A stretch of 18,526 bases of DNA from a virus (lineage: Duplodnaviria; Heunggongvirae; Uroviricota; Caudoviricetes), in IMG/VR virus record IMGVR_UViG_2703718818_000001, positions 1 through 18,526 of that record. One strand, given 5' to 3'. How positions within the stretch are numbered: position 1 is the stretch's first letter; every line of letters begins with the position of its first letter. The notes below the pieces were generated by a model. The model did no database searches. It saw nothing but the letters and a program-made list of their open reading frames with translations, and was not told the DNA's origin. This document shows, one piece after another, positions 1-6,925 of this stretch. The position numbers were made by a program, and so were the translations under genes.

Positions 1-135
1 CTGCATCAGGGTATAAGGCGTGATGGCCACCGGACTACCAAATGGCTGCCACCCCTCCTTCAGTTTTTGAGTCAGTCGCTCCGCAAGGTCTGACGGCGAC
101 GCCGCCCTGACCACGTCATAGTGTTTAAATGCCAT
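1..135 (-). CDS. Hypothetical late-region protein, 5' part only (runs off the window edge); possibly a DUF1737-like protein that often precedes lysis genes
   Basis: ATG at 135-133 (minus) preceded by GGGAGG with a 4-nt spacer; frame open to position 1. Translation begins MAFKHYDVVRAASPSDLAERLTQKLKEGWQPFGSPVAITPYTLMQ. Not in the ORF track because it is truncated. Family name is recalled, not verified. Confidence 0.4.
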   Translation of the reverse strand, partial: MAFKHYDVVRAASPSDLAERLTQKLKEGWQPFGSPVAITPYTLMQ

Positions 136-332
136 GAATCCTCCCGGCCGGGATAATGTTGTGAGTCAGATAAGGGGCGGGCTGAAGTCCGGAAGTTACA
201 GGACAATGACTGGAGGAAGACTACAGCCCGCAATACGAAAAAGGCCGCGCAGTTGCGCAGAGTGATTACTGTCGGGTATTATTCGCCAGCTGAAAAATTG
301 ATTACTTCACGTTTTGTTGTTTATTCCTTGCT

Positions 333-361
333 GCCCGCGTCTCCCGGCGCGGGCTTTTTTT
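333..361 (+). terminator. Intrinsic-terminator-like hairpin (GCCCGCG / CGCGGGC stem) followed by a 7-T run
   Basis: 7-bp GC-rich inverted repeat at 333-339 and 348-354, then TTTTTTT at 355-361. Confidence 0.5.
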
Positions 362-366
362 GCATG

Positions 367-393
367 TAAAAAGGCTCCTGCGATGAGGAGCCT
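367..393 (-). terminator. Intrinsic-terminator-like hairpin on the minus strand (AGGCTCCT / AGGAGCCT stem, then a U run), back-to-back with the 333-361 hairpin
   Basis: 8-bp inverted repeat at 372-379 and 386-393 with a 6-nt loop; plus-strand A run at 368-371 gives a U tract after the hairpin on the minus strand. Confidence 0.45.
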
Positions 394-436
394 GGATATA
401 TGCCTAATCTCTGTATACAGCATGATGCCGGGTGCC

Positions 437-650
437 TCCCGGTGAATTCTGCAATGACCAGACAGAATCCGCAACTTGCCTATACAATACGCAACCAAAC
501 ATCTGTCATTATGCCCCTCCGCTCAGGGGGATTCACCATGCCTGTTCCTTTTAACAAACGCCCCGCAAAACAGACAACTGTCAACCGTCTGAATTGTGAG
601 ACATTTAAAATTTTCGGGGCGTAACTGATACCCGGTTAATTCTGCAATAT
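437..650. repeat. Two direct copies of CCCGGT-N-AATTCTGCAAT (437-457 and 631-650) flanking a ~170-bp segment with internal inverted repeats
   Basis: AATTCTGCAAT is identical at 445-455 and 638-648, with CCCGGT upstream of both copies. Inside the flanked segment ACGCCCCG (548-555) pairs with CGGGGCGT (614-621). Confidence 0.4.
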
Positions 651-1708
651 CATCCGTTCTGACTGACTAAATCCTGAACTTCCCTGACAGTCTGCTCAAA
701 ACGTTCAGTCTCCAGCTCAACGCCAGTTGCACGACGTCCCAGCGCCATCGCTGCTTTGACTGTCGAACCCGACCCCATGAAGAAATCTGCAACCAGGTCA
801 CCCGGACGACTGCTCGCGCTGATTATCTGCTGCAGCATTTCTGCTGGTTTTTCGCACGGATGTTTCCCGGGATAGTACTGCACCGGTTTATGCGTCCACA
901 CATCGGTGTACGGCACCTGCGCCGTCACGCCAAAATACCGCCGCAGATACTTATATTCACTCTGCAGTTCCGCATACTGCCGGTTCAGTTCACTGTATGT
1001 GCTGACCAGTTGGTGATGTGGCTTTTCCAGTTCTCCGCGCTGATGCTTCTCTTCTGCCACCCGGGCAAACAGCGCCTGTAATTTCAGATAATCGCTTTCG
1101 TCCGGTAGCTGCCACTGGCTGGCACTGAACCAGTGCGACACCATGTTTTTCTTTCCTGTGGCATCAGCAATCTGTTTTGCCGTTATCCCCAGGGCAGCAC
1201 GCGCATCACGAAAGTAAGCAATCAGCGGAGCCATCACATGCTGTTTCAGTGCCCTGCCCTTCGCCTCATACCCGGCATCTTTCGGACGATACGGCCCCTG
1301 ATAATGTTCCGCGAACAGAATGCGCTCTGTGGCGGGGAAATACGCCCGCAGGCTTTCCTTGTTGCACCCGTTCCAGCGTCCGGACGGCTTTGCCCAGATG
1401 ATATGGTTCAGCACACTGAAGCGTTCACGCATCATGATTTCAATGTCAGACGCCAGGCGATGACCACAGAACAGGTAAAGACTTCCGGCAGGTTTCAGCA
1501 CCCGCCAGAACTGCGCAAGACACTGGTCCAGCCATTTCAGGTAATCCTCATCCCCCGTCCACTGGTTATCCCAGCCCTCGGGCTTCACTTTAAAGTATGG
1601 CGGGTCTGTGACTATCAGATCGACAGAGTTTTCCGGTAAGGTCTGGATAAATTCCAGGCAATCAGCGTTGATTAGCTCACAACTGGATATTTTTACAGTA
1701 TTAGCCAT
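650..1708 (-). CDS. DNA methyltransferase, beta-class amino-methyltransferase (N6-adenine or N4-cytosine); no restriction partner visible (orphan)
   Basis: 352-aa ORF. Motif IV DPPY (LIVTDPPYF) near the N-terminus and motif I FxGxG (DFFMGSGST) near the C-terminus, the circularly permuted order of beta-class MTases. ATG at 1708. Confidence 0.85.
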   Translation of the reverse strand: MANTVKISSCELINADCLEFIQTLPENSVDLIVTDPPYFKVKPEGWDNQWTGDEDYLKWLDQCLAQFWRVLKPAGSLYLFCGHRLASDIEIMMRERFSVLNHIIWAKPSGRWNGCNKESLRAYFPATERILFAEHYQGPYRPKDAGYEAKGRALKQHVMAPLIAYFRDARAALGITAKQIADATGKKNMVSHWFSASQWQLPDESDYLKLQALFARVAEEKHQRGELEKPHHQLVSTYSELNRQYAELQSEYKYLRRYFGVTAQVPYTDVWTHKPVQYYPGKHPCEKPAEMLQQIISASSRPGDLVADFFMGSGSTVKAAMALGRRATGVELETERFEQTVREVQDLVSQNG

Positions 1709-1740
1709 AGATCAATAAGCACTTCTCTGATAGGCTCATT

Positions 1741-1759
1741 CTGCTTTTGCGCAAAGCAG
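1741..1759. promoter_or_regulatory. Near-perfect 19-bp palindrome CTGCTTTTGCGCAAAGCAG, 33-51 nt upstream of the methyltransferase start; candidate operator
   Basis: The sequence is its own reverse complement except for one T/A offset. Regulatory role is inferred from its position. Confidence 0.3.
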
Positions 1760-1845
1760 TGGGCCTGAGGTTTGCTTGTGATCCGGACGCATGAGCAGAT
1801 GGCTGGTGAGTGCCCCTAACACCCACCAGCCGCCCATTTACCACA

Positions 1846-1872
1846 AATAAAAAAGCCTTCAGGACTGAAGGC
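1846..1872 (-). terminator. Strong intrinsic terminator on the minus strand, overlapping the stop codon of the small upstream ORF
   Basis: Minus strand reads GCCTTCA-GTCC-TGAAGGC (7-bp stem, 4-nt loop) then TTTTTTATTT. Plus-strand hairpin at 1855-1872, A run at 1846-1854. Confidence 0.6.
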
Positions 1873-2056
1873 GTCTGTAACAACCGAACTGATAGTCTGC
1901 CAGACCCGCCATAACAAGCTGGGTCAGTATTAACTGACAGCGTTCGCGTGAAAGGTACGTATTCTGCGCAATCTCCCCGACTGTCGCCGGTTCGGTGACG
2001 CTTAATTCATTAAACACCACTCTGGCGGTTTCGGTCATATCCTGCTGTTTCAGCAT
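1859..2056 (-). CDS. Small hypothetical protein (65 aa), possible winged-helix DNA-binding protein; first ORF after pR'/tR'
   Basis: The ORF track start at 2137 is a GTG. I prefer the in-frame ATG at 2056, which has AAGGGA about 8 nt upstream. Translation MLKQQDMTETARVVFNELSVTEPATVGEIAQNTYLSRERCQLILTQLVMAGLADYQ... DNA-binding fold is an impression only. Confidence 0.45.
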   Translation of the reverse strand: MLKQQDMTETARVVFNELSVTEPATVGEIAQNTYLSRERCQLILTQLVMAGLADYQFGCYRRLQS

Positions 2057-2178
2057 GTCTTTTTCCCTTTTCCGGTTAACGTGACACACCAATAACTCTT
2101 GTCGAAAAAGCCAGCAAGCTGAAAGACCGGTATTCACCGCCGCCAGCGCGTTTACTGTACTGGAGTGATTTCAGTCAT

Positions 2179-2201
2179 AAAAAAACCCGCCTGGCGACGG
2201 G
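2179..2201 (-). terminator. tR'-like intrinsic terminator about 60 nt downstream of the predicted pR' start
   Basis: Minus strand reads CCCGTC-GCCA-GGCGGG (6-bp stem with one G-U pair) followed by TTTTTTT. Plus-strand A run at 2179-2185. Confidence 0.55.
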
Positions 2202-2234
2202 TGTAAAAAGTCTTCTAACGTCAGGCATAAAACG

Positions 2235-2277
2235 CCCATCGTTAGGGCAAATTTACCACAGATTCCGGAAAAATCAA
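2235..2277 (-). promoter_or_regulatory. Late promoter pR' with a lambda-type promoter-proximal pause element (Q engagement region)
   Basis: Minus strand reads TTGATT-16 nt-TAAATT-TGCCCT-AACGATGGG. Lambda pR' is TTGACT-17-TAAATT-TGACTC-AACGATGGG, recalled from memory. It lies immediately downstream of the Q stop codon. Confidence 0.6.
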
Positions 2278-2282
2278 CCTTG

Positions 2283-3104
2283 TTACCTGGTTACCTTTTT
2301 TAACTGCCTCTCAGCCCATGCTTCCTCAATATCAAACTTGCTCACCAGCGCATCATAGAATTTCTTAACTGTTTTTTCCCATGACGCGCGTGTTATCTGG
2401 TTTGTCACCTCGCATATAGCATTAAATGCCTCTGTTGACGGCAATCTTTCATAGCCACGACCACCACAACGCTGGCAGTCCCTGATAACAGGCATACCCC
2501 GTTTTTCAGACTCTTCACGATGAATGGCAACACCGCGCCCACGACAATCTTTACAGGCGGTGGAAACCTCCCCCTTTCCGCCACACTCCGGACAGGCAAC
2601 TTTTACCACCTCCCTGACTTTTTTCCATTCCTCCCAGTAAGACGGATACACGCCTTTTGTGCACTTTGCCCACACTGGCGGCTTACCATCCGGATACTGG
2701 ATCTTGTTTGTAAAAACCTCGCTTTCAATAAATTTTTTTCCATGACAACAGGAGCACTGTTTTTTGCTCGCCGCGCTACGGGCATAATCTTCAAACGCAT
2801 ACGAAGCCATAATACGCATCACTGCCGGTTTTATTTCTGCCGGGAGTTTTCTTAACGCCGCCACGCAATCACACCGACTGAGTGCATATTCTGTCAGCAA
2901 TTCTGTTGCCCGTTCTCTGTCATTCATACTAATGCCCATTTTCCCAAGGAACGCAGAAAACCCCATCTCAGCCCGATTCTGTGTCATGCCCTGCGCGGCC
3001 ATCACATCAGTGATACTCAGCGCATCTTTCGACGTTGAGGCCGATGCATCAGTCAGGCCGGGGGATTTTGGGGAGTAGTATTTCGGTAAATCTTCCAGTT
3101 TCAT
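2283..3104 (-). CDS. Late-gene antitermination protein Q (phage-82-type Q family, with Cys-rich zinc-binding region)
   Basis: 273-aa ORF with Cys clusters (CPECGGKGE, CKDCRGRG, CQRCGGRG). Position directly upstream of the pR'-like promoter. ATG overlaps the RusA stop (ATGA). Confidence 0.8.
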   Translation of the reverse strand: MKLEDLPKYYSPKSPGLTDASASTSKDALSITDVMAAQGMTQNRAEMGFSAFLGKMGISMNDRERATELLTEYALSRCDCVAALRKLPAEIKPAVMRIMASYAFEDYARSAASKKQCSCCHGKKFIESEVFTNKIQYPDGKPPVWAKCTKGVYPSYWEEWKKVREVVKVACPECGGKGEVSTACKDCRGRGVAIHREESEKRGMPVIRDCQRCGGRGYERLPSTEAFNAICEVTNQITRASWEKTVKKFYDALVSKFDIEEAWAERQLKKVTR

Positions 3105-3481
3105 TTTTTGACCTGCCCTTCAAGCATTATGGGGTAAATCTTCACCCCCAGCCGTCCACCAGATACTGGCTTGCCACGTACAATATTGATTTCATCAAAC
3201 TGCTCGTCATCAATAAGCACTCCCGCATGCGTCAGCGCATCCAGCGGTGCTTTCAGAATATTGTCCAGGTCACGACGACGCTTATCCGGTGGCTCTGCAA
3301 TAATTTTTATTGCCAGCCGTCCGGACAGGCTTAATTTCAGCCGCTGCTGGCGAACAATAAGCGCCACTGCCCGGCGATAGCGCTTTCCCTCCTCCGATAT
3401 AAAATATGTGCTGCCACGGCGTCGCCAGTAAGTGTTCACCGTCGGCGGGTAAGGCAAAACAAATTCTATGCGCTCGGTCAT
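3101..3481 (-). CDS. rusA: Holliday-junction resolvase RusA (crossover junction endodeoxyribonuclease)
   Basis: 126 aa; conserved RusA core KRRRDLDNILKAPLDALTHAGVLIDDEQ and C-terminal GGRL motif. Start ATG directly follows the upstream stop (TAAATG). Confidence 0.9.
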   Translation of the reverse strand: MTERIEFVLPYPPTVNTYWRRRGSTYFISEEGKRYRRAVALIVRQQRLKLSLSGRLAIKIIAEPPDKRRRDLDNILKAPLDALTHAGVLIDDEQFDEINIVRGKPVSGGRLGVKIYPIMLEGQVKK

Positions 3482-4540
3482 TTATGCTTTCCACTTCAGA
3501 ACACCCGAATTTCTCGCGTGCATTAAAAAACGAATCAGCAACAACAGCTGACTGCCGTGTTTCTCTTCAAAATCTTTTACCCCGGCGTGTAGTTCGTTAT
3601 GGCATTTACGGCATAACGGAATAACAAACAAATCGTCAGCCTTTGTTCCCATACCTCCCAGTCCATGACCAATGATGTGATGCGGATCATCTGCCTGATT
3701 GCCACACGTCATGCATTTCTGCGTTTTTACCCAGCGCGTGTATACAGGCATCTCTTCCCGTTGTGGTTTCTGGCGCTGGAGGTACTGAGCCGGAGACTCC
3801 GGATCAACGGCGATGCTTACTAACGTCTTTTCCTGGGGGGGATTTTGTTGCTGGTGGACGTGAAGTGGCAGCGCAATATTTTTTGTGCGCTGCTTCAGTA
3901 TGCTGGTGGCGGCCTGCTCTCCCGGTATGATGTCGCTCTCACGGTATACGGAGCGGATTTTTTCCGCTGGTAATCCCAGCGAACGACGCACTACTGCCTC
4001 AGGTAGTGCATCCACCACCTGATTGCAGACCGCCCACCAGGATAATTCGGCCAGCGATAACTCCCTCTCCTGCGTACTGCTTATTGCGTGACGGATGACG
4101 TCAATCATCCAGGCAACCAGATTCTGCTGAGCAAGTTGATCGAGTGATTCTGATGTCTGGTCGCGCAGCTGGTTGTCACAGTGCCAGCACAACACCATCG
4201 CGCCGGTACCGTAACGGTGAATGACGGTTTCGCTGTGATGATAATCACCGTGTGGCCACTGGCAGGATTTCACGTGACGTAATAACCAGTCAGACAGTGC
4301 ACCTGCACCACCTGCTGCACGAATAACCCGCTCATCGCTGAAAAATGGCAGTAATGTTTTATCCTCTGCCAGCGGCTGGCGAACGGCAGGAACGACTCCG
4401 GACGGCAGACCGCGCATGTTTTTCGGTTCCGGTTCCACCAATATTCTGCCGTTATGGAATGCTGACATTGATTCACGGCCCGGCTTAAGGAGCACCATCC
4501 CGAGTTCCGGTACCAGAACAGGTCGAAGTAATACCCGCAC
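3482..4540 (-). CDS. DUF968-family protein (YdfU-like) with a C-terminal HNH-like metal-binding nuclease motif
   Basis: 352 aa. C-terminal CMTCGNQADDPHHIIGHG...CRKCHNELH is a CxxC...HH...CxxC...H arrangement typical of HNH. GTG start at 4540 with GGAGG 4 nt upstream, abutting the upstream stop. Confidence 0.7.
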   Translation of the reverse strand: MRVLLRPVLVPELGMVLLKPGRESMSAFHNGRILVEPEPKNMRGLPSGVVPAVRQPLAEDKTLLPFFSDERVIRAAGGAGALSDWLLRHVKSCQWPHGDYHHSETVIHRYGTGAMVLCWHCDNQLRDQTSESLDQLAQQNLVAWMIDVIRHAISSTQERELSLAELSWWAVCNQVVDALPEAVVRRSLGLPAEKIRSVYRESDIIPGEQAATSILKQRTKNIALPLHVHQQQNPPQEKTLVSIAVDPESPAQYLQRQKPQREEMPVYTRWVKTQKCMTCGNQADDPHHIIGHGLGGMGTKADDLFVIPLCRKCHNELHAGVKDFEEKHGSQLLLLIRFLMHARNSGVLKWKA

Positions 4541-4541
4541 G

Positions 4542-4820
4542 TTACCTCCAGATGCGCTGCTGGAATGTGCGGGACGGACGCGGTGGGCGTTCGGAATAAG
4601 GGAGCCTGACGGAGATTATCCAGTGACGACGATCGAAGCTGAGATCTTTCTGAAACTCGTAACCACGTCTGCGGTAGCACTGGATCAGCCATTCGGCCTG
4701 TTCTTCAGTGCATGGGTCATGCTGGAACCAGTCAGATTTGAATGCATGAGAACGCCGCCCGTGCCTGCTGGCAGGGGCGGTGGAGTTATCCGAATTGTGT
4801 AATTTGGTATCTTGCGCCAT
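4542..4820 (-). CDS. Hypothetical nin-region protein (92 aa)
   Basis: In-frame ATG at 4820 (the ORF track's longer start is a TTG at 4874). Stop lies 1 nt before the DUF968 start. No family recognised. Confidence 0.4.
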   Translation of the reverse strand: MAQDTKLHNSDNSTAPASRHGRRSHAFKSDWFQHDPCTEEQAEWLIQCYRRRGYEFQKDLSFDRRHWIISVRLPYSERPPRPSRTFQQRIWR

Positions 4821-4889
4821 CGGTTGTCTCTGCTGGCGCAGCAGGTGCCAGTTGTTCAGGCTGGCGTGCGGCAATATTGTCTCTGATTT

Positions 4890-4920
4890 CTGTTGTCGTC
4901 AACAGGCAGCGTGCTATCAT
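4890..4920 (+). promoter_or_regulatory. Candidate parDE promoter/operator: inverted repeat CTGTTG-tcgt-CAACAG overlapping a -35-like element, with TATCAT -10-like hexamer
   Basis: Inverted repeat at 4890-4905; TATCAT at 4915-4920; ParD ATG at 4956. Operator role is inferred from the autoregulation typical of RHH antitoxins. Confidence 0.35.
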
Positions 4921-4955
4921 CGAATAGTGTTCTATCCTACTCCGTGAGGTTTACC

Positions 4956-5213
4956 ATGCGTACAACCCAACAATTCAGCATTACATTAACTAACGAGATG
5001 GCTGACATGGTGCGCGCCCGTGTGGCTTCCGGCGCCTATGCTTCAGAAAGCGAGGTCATTCGTGAAGGGCTTCGCGCACTGAATGAGCGCGATAAAGCAA
5101 TCGAAGCGTGGTTAACGCATTCAGCCGCCCCCTCTCTTGATTCTATCCGCGAAAACCCAAACAACGGACGCTCCATTTCACAGGTTCGCGTCGCGATTCG
5201 ATCCGGGAAGTAA
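4956..5213 (+). CDS. parD: Type II antitoxin, ParD/CopG-like ribbon-helix-helix family
   Basis: 85 aa from the ATG at 4956 (GAGG 7 nt upstream); the ORF track start at 4893 is a longer in-frame extension. Translation MRTTQQFSITLTNEMADMVRARVASGAYASESEVIREGLRAL... Stop is 5 nt before the ParE ATG. Confidence 0.75.
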   Translation: MRTTQQFSITLTNEMADMVRARVASGAYASESEVIREGLRALNERDKAIEAWLTHSAAPSLDSIRENPNNGRSISQVRVAIRSGK

Positions 5214-5218
5214 TCTGC

Positions 5219-5518
5219 ATGACATATGAAGTCATCATTACTCCTGAGGCCGAACAACAAATAATCAACCTGCACAGATATATAACGGAGAAAGCAGGGA
5301 ACATCATTGCTGACAATTATGCCAATGCGCTTCTTGATTATCTTGATGGGTTTTCTACATTCCCGCATCGGGGCAATAAACGCGATGATATTCGCCAGGG
5401 GATGCGGGTAACTCATTTCCGCCACAGAACGATTATTGCTTTTGCCGTTGATGGCAGAAAAGTCTTTATTGTCGGTATCTATCATGGTGGGCAAAGTTAT
5501 GAAACCGATTTCTTATAA
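5219..5518 (+). CDS. parE: Type II toxin, ParE/RelE superfamily
   Basis: 99 aa, small basic protein with the ParE/RelE signature pattern (...RVTHFRHRTIIAFAVDGRKVFIVGIYHGGQSY). Tightly coupled downstream of the RHH antitoxin. Confidence 0.8.
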   Translation: MTYEVIITPEAEQQIINLHRYITEKAGNIIADNYANALLDYLDGFSTFPHRGNKRDDIRQGMRVTHFRHRTIIAFAVDGRKVFIVGIYHGGQSYETDFL

Positions 5519-5597
5519 ACTTTTACCCACATCATTCCGGTGTTAGAATAAACCGTCTGCCCCTCTCTTACTGCGGATTCGTAGGCTATATAAATCA

Positions 5598-5633
5598 AAG
5601 ATCCCGGCTCATGTTTGTGGCGGGATCTTTTTT
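5598..5633 (+). terminator. Hairpin with T run downstream of parE (AAGATCCCG / CGGGATCTT stem, 14-nt loop, TTTTTT)
   Basis: 9-bp inverted repeat at 5598-5606 and 5621-5629, then T run to 5633. The large loop lowers confidence. Confidence 0.4.
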
Positions 5634-5720
5634 CGGCGATTTATCCCCAGCGGCAAATCGAATACACCACCAGCGCCACCGCCATTGCAATACCAACATT
5701 TGAGAAGGCCTCAGGCCAGC

Positions 5721-6251
5721 TCATTGGCGCACCTCCTTCGGCGGTTCTGGTAGCGGCATCCAGTGTGATGGTATCCACGACGCACCAGGTACTACCCACC
5801 CATCATTAGCGTCAGGATGCCCCGGGATGTAAGTCGCCCATTTCATTCGCCAGTCACCTTTCCTGTCAAACTCCCTGGCAACAAGAACGGCTGTTTTGGT
5901 ATCCGGCATTCGCTCACTACAGCTTATCCAACCATCCGGAGTTACCGGCACTGGCTTGGCGGTATAAAGCGGTGTTATATCTGCCCGAAAATTACATGCT
6001 TTATGCAGCCGCACCCACCGTTCGACTTCTGCTTTGTCAGAATACATACCAGTGAACGTGTTATATTCACGGTCAATTTGCGTGAATGTTACCTTCCACG
6101 CCACCGGCTCTGCTTCCAGAGATGCCAGTGCGATACGCAGGGAAGCCAGGATATTCCCCTGGTAATCATCAAGCCCGAAAGGAAGCTCATCACGAACGCT
6201 TTCATAATCGTTGATAGCCTGCTGCAGCCATTCTCTTGTGATAGTGCTCAT
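5721..6251 (-). CDS. Phage protein with DUF551-like C-terminal region
   Basis: 176 aa; C-terminal WISCSERMPD...WIPSHWMPLPEPP resembles DUF551 as I recall it. ATG overlaps the upstream stop (ATGA), with AAGGAGAGG upstream. Confidence 0.6.
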   Translation of the reverse strand: MSTITREWLQQAINDYESVRDELPFGLDDYQGNILASLRIALASLEAEPVAWKVTFTQIDREYNTFTGMYSDKAEVERWVRLHKACNFRADITPLYTAKPVPVTPDGWISCSERMPDTKTAVLVAREFDRKGDWRMKWATYIPGHPDANDGWVVPGASWIPSHWMPLPEPPKEVRQ

Positions 6252-6925
6252 GATTCCTCTCCTTTACCGGCTGCGGCGGCGATACGAAAAAGTTTAATGT
6301 CGCCGCTGTCTGAGTTCTGCTTACTCCAGATAAGTGACGTTTCTCGCCCGCGCTCGTTGATATGCATGAGATTTCTTTCGTCTGTAAAGCATGCAGGGAT
6401 GAAAGCTACAGGGAGTGGATAGAGGGCAACTGCATCATCACCCCATTGCTCAACTGCATATTTCTCATCGGTTGTGAACCTCGACATGAATGATGTGACG
6501 TTAGCATTCCTCATCCATGCAACTGGCTTAACGTCCCGCGCCTGCAGCTCAGCAATCCGCTTCTCTGCTGCTTCCAGCTCAACACGCAGCTTCCCTACCG
6601 TTAGCGCAATATCCTCGTTCTCCTGGTCGCGGCGTTTGATGTATTGCTGGTTTCTTTCCCGTTCATCCAGCAGCGCCAGCACGGTAGCTGGATTGGCTGC
6701 GGCGATGAATTCAGCATTGGCCTGCTGTTCCATTTGGAAATCTTCATCGAAACCGCTTTCAGGATGCGCTCCTTCAATTCTGCAAATGGGAATATATCCA
6801 GCAACTTCACGATGAATTAGCGCATCATCACCATCAAATCGTCCCTCTCCATATTCGAGCGACCACTCGCCACACGTTGCTTTTTCTGCCTTAGCACGCA
6901 ATGCCTGATAGTCAATCTTGCTCAC
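6248..6925 (-). CDS. Ead/Ea22-like protein (paralog 1)
   Basis: 225 aa. GTG start at 6925 preceded by GGAGG-CAACCA. N-terminal IDYQALRAKAEKATCGEW and NAEFIAAANPATVLALLDERE motifs are shared with the adjacent paralog. Confidence 0.6.
   Translation of the reverse strand: MSKIDYQALRAKAEKATCGEWSLEYGEGRFDGDDALIHREVAGYIPICRIEGAHPESGFDEDFQMEQQANAEFIAAANPATVLALLDERERNQQYIKRRDQENEDIALTVGKLRVELEAAEKRIAELQARDVKPVAWMRNANVTSFMSRFTTDEKYAVEQWGDDAVALYPLPVAFIPACFTDERNLMHINERGRETSLIWSKQNSDSGDIKLFRIAAAAGKGEES

Noticed and set aside
307-624. ORFs 307-498 (minus) and 400-624 (plus)
   Set aside because: They cross or abut the two intrinsic terminators and lack ribosome-binding sites. The region looks like structured non-coding DNA; only the short 538-624 sub-ORF has a plausible ribosome-binding site, and it is too small to call.
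1133-1639. 168-aa plus-strand ORF, and a 74-aa ORF at 1177-1401
   Set aside because: Both lie wholly antisense to the well-supported methyltransferase gene, with no ribosome-binding site and no recognisable motifs.
650-2137. A complete restriction-modification system around the methyltransferase
   Set aside because: No endonuclease-sized ORF lies adjacent on either strand; the neighbours are a 65-aa ORF and terminators. It is treated as an orphan methyltransferase.
4270-4802. Overlapping ORFs 4270-4692 (minus) and 4416-4802 (plus)
   Set aside because: They are alternative-frame or antisense ORFs over the DUF968 and upstream nin genes, with no start context.
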